Positions 48,301 to 56,181 of a stretch of 64,000 bases of DNA are shown here, piece by piece (positions within the stretch are counted from its first letter, which is position 1; every line of letters begins with the position of its first letter). A program made the translations under genes and the position numbers. The notes under the pieces are model-generated. The model was not told the origin of the DNA, did no database searches, and worked only from the letters and a program-made list of their open reading frames with translations. The stretch comes from Candidatus Thalassarchaeaceae archaeon (GTDB lineage: Archaea; Thermoplasmatota; Poseidoniia; Poseidoniales; Thalassarchaeaceae): assembly GCA_030747485.1 (NCBI GenBank), contig JASLKP010000002.1:18602-82601 (forward strand), written 5' to 3'.

Positions 48301-48731
48301 CGTCCATCATCAGGACTGTAAATTCGTGTGATCCCTAAATCATGAAGGTCCCGAATCTCGGGTGGTGTAATGGTGCCACCACCACCTCCAAAGATGCGAA
48401 TATCGGGTCGCCCTGCAGCGTTTAGTAATTCACGAATATAGGTGAAATATTCCATGTGGCCGCCTTGATATGATGTGAGTGCAACCGCATGAGCATCTTC
48501 CTCAATGGCGGCCTTCACAACATCCAATGCACTTCTGTCATGTCCGAGATGAATGACTTCACATCCTGCGGATTGGATGAGGCGTCGCATGACGTTGATT
48601 GCAGCGTCATGCCCATCGAACAGGGATGCAGCTGTGATGACTCGCAATGGGATGCCAGATGCATCTAGTGCACCTGAATCACTGTCCTCTGAGGGAGAGG
48701 ACGCACTGCTCGCCATAATACTGGGAGTCAT
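45381..48731 (-). CDS. icmF: Fused isobutyryl-CoA mutase (B12-binding domain - MeaB-like GTPase - mutase barrel)
   Basis: N-terminal RVITAASLFDGHDAAINVMRRL...HLGHDRS (B12-binding), P-loop GFTGTGGAGKSSL, and a C-terminal methylmalonyl-CoA-mutase-like substrate domain. The 1116-aa length and domain order are diagnostic of IcmF. Confidence 0.9.
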   Translation of the reverse strand: MTPSIMASSASSPSEDSDSGALDASGIPLRVITAASLFDGHDAAINVMRRLIQSAGCEVIHLGHDRSALDVVKAAIEEDAHAVALTSYQGGHMEYFTYIRELLNAAGRPDIRIFGGGGGTITPPEIRDLHDLGITRIYSPDDGRKMGLLGMIDDLVEQAAQCNLLGGDNMQLNGPVTTSNREKVARLISYAENADPVTFAQLLKNCRSQPIETRAPVIGFTGTGGAGKSSLLDELMRRITSQNPNLNVAMLCTDPTRKRTGGALLGDRIRMNTLASDQLFMRSLASRSSGKELSDKTREAIEVCQAVGYDLIFVETSGIGQGSDAVTDVSDISLYVMTSEFGAHTQLEKIEMLDVADLVILNKFEKRGAEDALRAIRKQVKRNRNLFDMEDAALPVIPTIANQFSDPGVDLLWERLAGILADRKGMILAAREPELPESGMPEPNHIIPPERIHYLADISRTVRDYHERTNEMSQKVRLVQQLEATAAHMASLADGTGSTLSTGAASAVADIRIQAEDVRNTIHPMAWKMIAEYEERAKQYRTGTYTYQVRGRDFSVDTTTESLAHSAIPRVALPNFADAGDLLGWLRRENVPGTFPYTAGVFPFKRADELPTRMFAGEGPAARTNKRFHYLSEGEDYARLSTAFDSVTLYGRDPHTRPDIYGKVGESGVSIYTVDEISTLFDGFDLCDPNTSVSMTINGPAAIILAMFFNAAIRQQVAKFQDENGRPPSETEYEQISTTTMQTVRGTVQADILKEDQAQNTCIFSTEFSLKLMGDVQQFYIDQGIRNHYSVSISGYHIAEAGANPISQLAFTLANGFTYVEYYRSRGMDIDAFAPNLSFFFSNGLDPEYTVIGRVARRIWAVAMRDLYSGNERSQKLKYHIQTSGRSLHAQEIDFNDIRTTLQALLAVQDQANSLHTNAYDEAITTPTEESVRRALAVQLIVNKESGWTKTENPLQGSFIVDELTDLVEEAVLTEFERIAERGGVLGAMETMYQRGKIQDESLYYEEQKHSGELPITGVNFFENPNAIAFDESNADDFDMELARATPEEKQGCLSRLAQFHKTHAKQTPEALSRLQDVARSGGNVFAELMETVKVASLGQITEALFEVGGQYRRNM

Positions 48732-48750
48732 AGGTACTGCTTGATTGCAT

Positions 48751-48769
48751 CGGCGGCCTACGGCCGCCG
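48751..48769. other. Hairpin (8-bp stem, loop TAC) downstream of the acyl-CoA synthetase gene
   Basis: CGGCGGCC-TAC-GGCCGCCG. Confidence 0.6.
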
Positions 48770-48791
48770 CGTACGCACGTGAGGACTAGCC

Positions 48792-50582
48792 TCAGGCGTA
48801 CATGTCCTCAATCTGTGTTGTCCAATTCTCACGAATTTGGATTCTTCTGATTTTCAGGGTGGGCGTCAATTCGCCATCATCCACTGTGAAGTCTCTTGGT
48901 AGAATCGTGAACTTCTTGATTTGTTCAGGTGGTGCAAACTGCTTGTTCAATTCCATCACTTGCGCTTCAACTTCGGCGTGAATATCGGTACTGTCAGTGT
49001 ATTCTGAAAGTTGGTGCCCCTGTTCGTTCAATAGTGCGATTTGCTTGGCAGGATCTTTGGGTAAATGTGCTCCATCCATACCAAACTTATCTCGTAAAAT
49101 CGCAGATACATCCAGTGTGAGTAGAGCACTGCAGAATTTCCGGCCATCTCCAACCAAGAAACACTGAGAGACCAGCGGGATTGCCTTCATCGTCTCTTCA
49201 ATCAGTAGGGGAGCGATATTCTTGCCACCCGAACTGATGTACAGTTCCTTCTTTCGACCGGTAATCGTAACGAATCCTTCGTCGTCGATTTTTCCAATGT
49301 CACCTGAACGCAACCATTCTCCATCCATGACTTCAGCAGTTGCATCTGGATTGTTGTAATATCCCTTCATGACGTGGCGACCACGGAACATGATTTCACC
49401 ATCTGTATCCGTTTTCAACTCGGTTCCTGGCATTGTTCGGCCAACAGAACCAATTTTCACGTTGTTCTTGTAATTGAGCGAAGCTCCAGCTGTGGTCTCC
49501 GTCATTCCATATCCTTCGTACAGAGGTACACCAATGTGATGGAATAATTTCAAAATATCTGGATTGATTGGTGCTGCACCGGTAATGGCATACTTGCAGT
49601 TGACCATTCCAATCTTCTTTTTCACAGCCTTTTGCAAGACCTTCTTCAACCCTGGAATCTTGAGACCGATTCGGATGACAGCCTTGGAATCCAAGGTGCT
49701 CTTGAGATTCGAGTATACCTTCTCATAGATTCGTGGAACACCAATGAACAGTGCAGGTTGCACCTTCTTTGCATAATCAACAGCATGTAGTGCATTGTCG
49801 ACTACGTGCAAGTGCATTGCATCGCGCACCCACAGATGATTGTCGGCTACTTGGCCGAATACATGGGCCAAAGGAAGCCAAGAAACATAACAATCTCCGG
49901 GATTGAAACTGATGACTGTTTCGATTGCATCTAATTCGAATGTGAAATTGTCGTAGCTCAATTCTACACCCTTTGGATTGCCAGTGGTTCCAGAGGTGTA
50001 GATTAGGGCGCAGGTGTCATGAGGGTCGACACCACTCATTCGTTCCTTGATAGTTGCATCATCGACGCCATCTCCTGCCGCCAAGAAATCTGCCCATGAT
50101 ATTGAGAGATCTGAATTCATGGAGCCTGAGTCTTCAAGCACAATCGCATTCTGAATCAGAGGAAGGTTACCCATGATTTTGTCCATACGTGTGTTGGGCA
50201 TTTTCGAAGAATCATCTCCGCCCTGTGGGTTGGTGCCCACGAAGACAAACTTGGATTCCGAATTCCCGACAACCCATTCGACTTCTTCAGGTGAACAGGT
50301 ATGATACACGCCTACTGCGACGCCATTGAGCATTTGAGATGCTGCATAAATTAGGAACCATTCAGGTCGATTGTAAGAATAGATACTGAGTTTGTCATGT
50401 TTTTCATATCCCATTGCATGCAATGATTTGGCGATTGCCAACGTCTTGGAAAGTACTTCTGACCATGTGTCAGTATTCCATTCCCAATCTACGCCTCTCT
50501 GCGCTTCTCCTTTTCTGGTCGACATTGCAGGCATATTACCGTATTTTTCGGCATTACGAAACAGGTATTCCGGGGTTATCAT
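48792..50582 (-). CDS. Long-chain acyl-CoA synthetase (AMP-forming)
   Basis: AMP-binding motifs YTSGTTGNPKGV, GYGMTETT and GDIGKIDDEGFVTITGRKKE; 596 aa. Confidence 0.85.
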   Translation of the reverse strand: MITPEYLFRNAEKYGNMPAMSTRKGEAQRGVDWEWNTDTWSEVLSKTLAIAKSLHAMGYEKHDKLSIYSYNRPEWFLIYAASQMLNGVAVGVYHTCSPEEVEWVVGNSESKFVFVGTNPQGGDDSSKMPNTRMDKIMGNLPLIQNAIVLEDSGSMNSDLSISWADFLAAGDGVDDATIKERMSGVDPHDTCALIYTSGTTGNPKGVELSYDNFTFELDAIETVISFNPGDCYVSWLPLAHVFGQVADNHLWVRDAMHLHVVDNALHAVDYAKKVQPALFIGVPRIYEKVYSNLKSTLDSKAVIRIGLKIPGLKKVLQKAVKKKIGMVNCKYAITGAAPINPDILKLFHHIGVPLYEGYGMTETTAGASLNYKNNVKIGSVGRTMPGTELKTDTDGEIMFRGRHVMKGYYNNPDATAEVMDGEWLRSGDIGKIDDEGFVTITGRKKELYISSGGKNIAPLLIEETMKAIPLVSQCFLVGDGRKFCSALLTLDVSAILRDKFGMDGAHLPKDPAKQIALLNEQGHQLSEYTDSTDIHAEVEAQVMELNKQFAPPEQIKKFTILPRDFTVDDGELTPTLKIRRIQIRENWTTQIEDMYA

Positions 50583-50637
50583 GTATCGATGTAGGCCCGA
50601 AGGCCTCTCTTAACGTTCTCCCCGATGGATTGAGCCC

Positions 50638-51366
50638 TTAAATTCCCAAAACTTCAGCGAAAGCAGCCCTCCAATCGGCTCCTCCATTTTGGTTTGCAAA
50701 TGGGGAGGCCGGACTTGGATGTGGGACCCAATCAATCTCAATTTCGTTGAAAATTGTCGCGGCTTGTTTCTGCGCATATCTGCCTACACCAATGACTCTA
50801 GTGATTCCCATTTGATCAACAACTGCTCGCAGATGTCGATCACAAACCTCCTTCAGTTGTTTGGCCGCTTGTCCCGTTAACTTGTCTGGTGTGATATTTT
50901 GTCCAGCCTCATTGAACATCCAAAGTGGACAATGATTGACGATGTAGATGTGTTCACTAATCGCCTTTGGTGTGTGATAATGTTCTGCAAGAAATGTCCA
51001 GATTCTACGTCCACTAACCTCCGGTTTTGGGCATTCTAAACCGTACACCGGGCGTTTAGGATGGAGGGTGGGAGGTTGTCCAACGTCAAGATTCACGATT
51101 TCAAGAAAATCTCTAACCTGTTCTGGACAACCGAATGGAACGCCTGTATTACCCATTCCATGACCTGGATTCATCCCTACCAACAGTGTGTTTGCACCAT
51201 TTCCAGAGAAGCGATGAATCCATTCAGAATGTGGTAACCAGGCATATTCGAGTGGATTGTATATCCAGTCAATTTGCTTACAATCAGCAATTAATTTCGG
51301 TATCAATTCAGAAGCATCGTCTCGAAGTTGTCGAGCGGCTTCCAAGATTGCATCCATCTGTTTCAC
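50638..51366 (-). CDS. SMUG1-type (family 3) uracil-DNA glycosylase
   Basis: GMNPGHGMGNTGVPFG (SMUG1 motif GMNPGPxGMxQTGVPFG) and C-terminal HPSPASP (HPSPRNP-like). Confidence 0.75.
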   Translation of the reverse strand: MKQMDAILEAARQLRDDASELIPKLIADCKQIDWIYNPLEYAWLPHSEWIHRFSGNGANTLLVGMNPGHGMGNTGVPFGCPEQVRDFLEIVNLDVGQPPTLHPKRPVYGLECPKPEVSGRRIWTFLAEHYHTPKAISEHIYIVNHCPLWMFNEAGQNITPDKLTGQAAKQLKEVCDRHLRAVVDQMGITRVIGVGRYAQKQAATIFNEIEIDWVPHPSPASPFANQNGGADWRAAFAEVLGI

Positions 51367-53006
51367 GCCCCAATGCGTCGCAGATATTCAGTGTAATTTC
51401 CGGGAAATACTCGAATCGTTCCATCTCCAGGCAATTCCCAAATCGTATCACAGACTTGATCCAAAAACCAACGGTCGTGACTGACGGTCAGAATCGAACC
51501 ATCATACGTTTTCAGGGATTCTTCCAATGCTTCTTTGGCATCCGTATCCAAATGGTTCGTCGGTTCATCTAGCAGAAGCATATTGTTTTCTTCTAACAAG
51601 AGTTTCAGCATGGCGATTCTAGCACGTTCACCACCACTGAGTTTATTCAGTGGCGTTGAGACCATTTCAGACGTGAATTGGAATTGTCCAAGCAGAGCGC
51701 GAATCATACCGTAATCCATTCTTGGTTTCAACTTCTGAACTTGCTCAACAGGAGTGAGATCAAAATCTAGAGTCCGATGGTCTTGATGGAAATATCCAAT
51801 CTGTACACCGGGCCTTACATCGATTTTACCTTGGTCCAACGAAATCTCTCCATTGATAATGCGAAGTAGAGTTGTTTTCCCGGCACCATTTGCACCAACA
51901 ATCCCAATCTTTTGCCCTCGACGTACACCGATTTCGACCTGATTTAGGATGGGTCTAGTCAAGCCTTCAAAATGTAGGCTTGCTTGATGGAAATCCAACA
52001 CATCAAGACTTGATTTTTCAGTTGATTGAAGGTTGAATTGTAATCCTTTTCTCTCCTTTGGTTTGAGACTTTTGAGCCATTTCAATTCACGTTGCGCGCG
52101 CGATAACATCTGATGTTTCTGAGAGATGGATTTGTCGTATTTGTTGGCACGCTTCATTGATTGTAACGCCCCCACAAGTCGTTTGATTTCTTTCTCAGTC
52201 TTTGCCATTCGCTCCTCTAGAGTTTGTAAGAAGAGTTCTTTTTGGGAGAGGTATGCTGAGTAATTCCCAGTGTAACCTCGTGCATGTCCATCATGAATTT
52301 CAAGCACATGATTGCAAACTCTGTCTAGGAAATACCTGTCGTGACTTACAATTAATTGAGCACCCTCAAATTTGAGTAAGAATTTCTCCAACCATTGTAA
52401 TGTGGGTAAATCAAGATGATTGGTTGGTTCATCTAAGAAGAAGACATCAATTTCACCAAGTCCGACCAATTGTCTAGCGAGTGCGACCTTGGCTCTTTCA
52501 CCACCACTCAATTGAGACAAAGCCATGTCAAGTGGGTGGCGGCCTAAATCGAGTGCTTCAAGGATATTCTTGGCATGCCCAGCCACATCAGTTCCACCTG
52601 AGCGCGCAGATAGTGCTTGCAACTCCGAATATCTGTCTAGAGTTGGTTGCCAATCACCGTCGTAAAACGAGGGGTCAGCCATCTTTGCTTCAATTGCTGA
52701 AATTTCGTCTTCCAATTCTTTGAATTGATGACCTCGTCTATTGAGTTCTTCCTCTAACGTTGCGTTTTCATTGATGTCTCTGACTTGAGTAAGATAGGCA
52801 ATTCGTAACGCTGGTGCAAATGTGATATCTCCGATATCTTGGTTCCGATTTGAAATGGTTCGTAGCAATGTTGTTTTTCCGGAACCATTGTGACCGACAA
52901 CCCCAATCCGGTCACCTTCATCGATTCGGAGATGAATCCCATCGAGTACAGTCACGGCACCGAATGCCCTGTGCACATCATCCAAGCGAATGAGTTCACG
53001 TGCCAT
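51363..53006 (-). CDS. ABC-F family ATPase (two tandem ABC domains, no TMD)
   Basis: Two Walker A motifs (GHNGSGKTTLL, GANGAGKTTLL) and two signatures (LSGGERAKVALAR, LSGGERARIAML) with a charged inter-domain linker. Start at MARELIRLDD (53006) abuts the upstream stop. Confidence 0.85.
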   Translation of the reverse strand: MARELIRLDDVHRAFGAVTVLDGIHLRIDEGDRIGVVGHNGSGKTTLLRTISNRNQDIGDITFAPALRIAYLTQVRDINENATLEEELNRRGHQFKELEDEISAIEAKMADPSFYDGDWQPTLDRYSELQALSARSGGTDVAGHAKNILEALDLGRHPLDMALSQLSGGERAKVALARQLVGLGEIDVFFLDEPTNHLDLPTLQWLEKFLLKFEGAQLIVSHDRYFLDRVCNHVLEIHDGHARGYTGNYSAYLSQKELFLQTLEERMAKTEKEIKRLVGALQSMKRANKYDKSISQKHQMLSRAQRELKWLKSLKPKERKGLQFNLQSTEKSSLDVLDFHQASLHFEGLTRPILNQVEIGVRRGQKIGIVGANGAGKTTLLRIINGEISLDQGKIDVRPGVQIGYFHQDHRTLDFDLTPVEQVQKLKPRMDYGMIRALLGQFQFTSEMVSTPLNKLSGGERARIAMLKLLLEENNMLLLDEPTNHLDTDAKEALEESLKTYDGSILTVSHDRWFLDQVCDTIWELPGDGTIRVFPGNYTEYLRRIGA

Positions 53007-53007
53007 G

Positions 53008-54720
53008 TTAGTCCCCCATGACTGTCGCGGCCAACGGAGGCATTTCAACTCCAGCCGTCACAAACCAATCTTCCACGGATTCAAACACAGCATCTTTACG
53101 AGTTTTTTTTACCCGTTCAGTAATGAGCTTCCAAGCCGATTTTTCGCCAATTCCTGGAATCGCTTCCAATTGTTTTTGAGTGATTTCATCTTTGTTTAAT
53201 CCAATTTCAATTCCAGTAATCGATCGTGCACCATGACCGGTAACAATGATGTCTGAAGTGGATTCTAATGGAATGTGATACGGAATACCTATGAGGATTG
53301 GATAGGCACCAATTTGTCGTCCAAATGTGATGCCAGCCTTACCATGAATGGCTCGATCTTTGTGTTCCGGTTCAAGGTGAGCCGGAAGTCTGATTCGACC
53401 ATCATGTGCTTCCCACGTTACATCATTCAATCGTTGCCCCAATGGGAATAATTCTGTTAGCATCGGAGAATCAATCGAATCTCTTGTCCAATGTTTGAAG
53501 TCATTAAATGAATCAACAGGAATGTCTTGGAATCCATCACCCTCAACTTGTCGAATATTGATTCTACGTAGCCACAATCCTTCATCTCTAATCTCTTGGA
53601 GAAGTGTTTTGTTCATCTTGTACGAATCATCCGATTCTCCATTGAGTCCAGCGATAAAATTGAGGCCAGGAAGAAGCATGGGTAATCCTCTCGGCCCACG
53701 TTTTCGCCCATATTCATTGATTAATCGAATGGCCGTTTTGAGTTGTTGAGAATCACAATTGAGCCAATTTTCTTGGTGTACGGTTGGGTCTGCAGATTCT
53801 AATCCAAAAGAAAGAACAGACCCATCTGAAAGTGTCTCCACCATCGTCTTTGTTATCATCGTGGACGGCTCAATATTTTCGGCAATTATTGAAGGATTTG
53901 CATTGTCTACATGTAGCGTTTCCAATCGTTCATCTGCACGTAGTCCATGCAATAGATTTGCAATCGGTTCAGGATTAGGAACAGGATATTCAAGTTCGAT
54001 GACTCCATCTGCCATGTATGTGTATACATCAGTCATTCCACCGAGTCTTACATGTTTCACGCCTTGATCTAAGGCGATTTTCACCTCACTGATGACGTCC
54101 TCTGGGGTGCGCCAAATTGGGACACCTTTCTTCGGTTCAATACAGAATTTACATCCACGTTTGTAACGTACACAGCCTTGGTAAACTTCGACTTCGTAAG
54201 TGAGTGGCCCGTTCAAATCTGGATGTTCGGTGACCGCTTTTGATGCTGCACCAAATGCTGCCCATTCAGTCCATTGTTCGGCACTTCTTCGTTGATGTTT
54301 GAATGAACCTGTTGAGAGGAAATGATTCAGTGTAGCATCAGTGTCTTGAACGCAGAGAAAGAGATTCTTTCTCATCGGTTGCCATCCCTGTTGTCTCCAA
54401 CCACGAATGGCCCAACCGCCAGCAATCAATGGAACATTGCTGGGGAGCGTTCGAACCAATTCATCAGTCTCTCGAAATGAGATTGGTGTGCCGCGTAGAT
54501 ACTTGCCGGGAACCACCGCTCCAGCGATGATTACAATCCCATCGAGTTCACGAAGATTTGGTCTTGCACCGAGTCTCCATTGGTCAATTGTAAGATAATC
54601 ATAGTCGATGCCTTGTTTTTCCAATACTCCACAGGTATATCGGATATGAAATCCAACATATGGGGGGACACCGAAGGCTGCCGGTTCATCCTCGTATCCA
54701 TCAAGGACCAGCCAGGCCAT
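53008..54720 (-). CDS. Radical SAM superfamily enzyme with C-terminal helix-hairpin-helix (COG1031-like)
   Basis: Cys triad GCVRYKRGCKFCIEP and C-terminal HhH LEAIPGIGEKSAWKLI; 570 aa. Confidence 0.7.
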   Translation of the reverse strand: MAWLVLDGYEDEPAAFGVPPYVGFHIRYTCGVLEKQGIDYDYLTIDQWRLGARPNLRELDGIVIIAGAVVPGKYLRGTPISFRETDELVRTLPSNVPLIAGGWAIRGWRQQGWQPMRKNLFLCVQDTDATLNHFLSTGSFKHQRRSAEQWTEWAAFGAASKAVTEHPDLNGPLTYEVEVYQGCVRYKRGCKFCIEPKKGVPIWRTPEDVISEVKIALDQGVKHVRLGGMTDVYTYMADGVIELEYPVPNPEPIANLLHGLRADERLETLHVDNANPSIIAENIEPSTMITKTMVETLSDGSVLSFGLESADPTVHQENWLNCDSQQLKTAIRLINEYGRKRGPRGLPMLLPGLNFIAGLNGESDDSYKMNKTLLQEIRDEGLWLRRINIRQVEGDGFQDIPVDSFNDFKHWTRDSIDSPMLTELFPLGQRLNDVTWEAHDGRIRLPAHLEPEHKDRAIHGKAGITFGRQIGAYPILIGIPYHIPLESTSDIIVTGHGARSITGIEIGLNKDEITQKQLEAIPGIGEKSAWKLITERVKKTRKDAVFESVEDWFVTAGVEMPPLAATVMGD

Positions 54721-54729
54721 TTGATCACC

Positions 54730-56088
54730 TCAGCGGCGATCTCTGCGACCGCGGTCACGGCCACCTTGGCCACCACGGCCACCTTGACCACCACGGCCAC
54801 CTTGACCACCACGACCGCCACCACGACCGCCACGGCCGCCACCTCGATTCGACTCCTGAATTGTGAGTTTACGGCCCTCAATTTTCGTCCCTTTCAGGGC
54901 TTCAATTGCAGCGGCTCCTTCTTTGTGAGATTTGAACGTGATAAAGGCAAAACCTTTGCTCTTACCAGTTTCTTTATCCGTAGCGATATGGACTTCTTTG
55001 AGTTCCCCATGTGCTCCGAATAATTCCGTCAATTGATCTTCGGTTACAGAGTATGGGACACCACCTACGAAGAGCTTCATACCCATCGTTTCCTTTGCTG
55101 CTTCTCGAGCAACTTGCAGTGTTTTCCGTTCCTTCGCCAATTCTTCAGTTGTCGCCTCGCCCTTGTCGACTTTTTCCTTACAGGGTGAACATCGTGCAGG
55201 TGCACCTGGAGTGGGCTCAAATGGAAGTTCAGTATCACATCCACACATGGTACACTTTGCTTTGTGCATTTGTCTGCGTTGGCGTTGACCACCACCTCCT
55301 CCTCTACCGCCACGGCCACCTTGCTGTAGGGAGCCGAGAAACTTGGAAACATCCTTTGGAATCTCATGAGATGCCCCTCGTCGGTGATCAGCTAATGGTG
55401 AAAGATACGGCCTTTCGCCATCCTTTGAAATGAATGTGGCTTCCTTAGACCATCGTTCTCCATCCCGATTTAGTGCTGATAGTTCTCCACCTTCAGGAAT
55501 CGTATAGCCATGTCCAAAACCATTGGACAATGCCCGGAATCCGACATAGTCGCAACGATTGCACGCGACGTTAACATCTGGTTCAGCAGATGATGCTTGC
55601 AACATCTCTCCACAGGCTGGACAAATGGCTTGCAATACACCCAAATCATTGTCCGAGCGACATTCTGCTCGCAACATTGGTTCTAGTTGCTCGATTTTTG
55701 CCCGAATCAGGTCACGTTTACGCATTGCATCTCCCGGAGATGGCATGAATCTGTCAACGATTTTCGCCACAAAAATGTCTGCGAAGAGATGTGTTGCCGG
55801 CAATGTTCGAACTGGTTTTCCTTCGACGTGAAGGATTCTAATTTCCGCCGTCTTTGGATTGATGCGATTGACTTCGCCAATGACTACATCGCCCACTTCG
55901 ATTTCTCGAATCGGATCGGTTTTCTGTTCGACAAATAGGATTCCATCAGTACTACTGAGGACGCCAACCACTGTGGCGACGTAGCCACCATTTTGTTCTT
56001 TGATGCCCCTGCCAAGGTTATCATCGTCATTTTTCAGTACAGTTGTGCCTGGCACAACAAAGGAACCCACATTTGCGGGTGAGGTCAT
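54730..56088 (-). CDS. csl4: Exosome subunit Csl4 fused to RGG box, zinc ribbon, RRM domain and a C-terminal RGG/RG tail
   Basis: Csl4 part: VVPGTTV..., an S1-like domain VGDVVIGEVNRINPKTAEIRIL, and Zn ribbon CPACG...CNRC. Then GGRGGRGGGGG, then CTMCGC...CSPC. RRM with RNP2 KLFVGGV and RNP1 KGFAFITF. Tail: (RGGQGG)3. Start taken at MTSPANVG (56088). Confidence 0.75.
   Translation of the reverse strand: MTSPANVGSFVVPGTTVLKNDDDNLGRGIKEQNGGYVATVVGVLSSTDGILFVEQKTDPIREIEVGDVVIGEVNRINPKTAEIRILHVEGKPVRTLPATHLFADIFVAKIVDRFMPSPGDAMRKRDLIRAKIEQLEPMLRAECRSDNDLGVLQAICPACGEMLQASSAEPDVNVACNRCDYVGFRALSNGFGHGYTIPEGGELSALNRDGERWSKEATFISKDGERPYLSPLADHRRGASHEIPKDVSKFLGSLQQGGRGGRGGGGGQRQRRQMHKAKCTMCGCDTELPFEPTPGAPARCSPCKEKVDKGEATTEELAKERKTLQVAREAAKETMGMKLFVGGVPYSVTEDQLTELFGAHGELKEVHIATDKETGKSKGFAFITFKSHKEGAAAIEALKGTKIEGRKLTIQESNRGGGRGGRGGGRGGQGGRGGQGGRGGQGGRDRGRRDRR
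54759..54846. repeat. Coding tandem repeat (18 bp x3 plus degenerate 9-13 bp units) encoding the RGG tail
   Basis: ggccaccttgRccaccac repeated at 54759-54776, 54777-54794 and 54795-54812, then gaccgccac-type units up to 54846. Confidence 0.85.
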
Positions 56089-56113
56089 TTTCTTCACACT
56101 CCAGTCGCCAATC

Positions 56114-56130
56114 CGGTCCCTAAGGGACCG
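56114..56130. other. Hairpin (7-bp stem, loop TAA) downstream of the methyltransferase gene
   Basis: CGGTCCC-TAA-GGGACCG. Confidence 0.6.
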
Positions 56131-56181
56131 CTTCGAACAGTCCCGCCGACCGGCGACCCCCATTTGAAGCCGCCGACGCAC

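Noticed and set aside
54580-55023. 147-aa ORF with TATLATTATLTTT repeats
   Set aside because: It is the reverse-complement reading of the RGG-coding tandem repeat of the Csl4-RRM gene, and is a byproduct of repeat symmetry.
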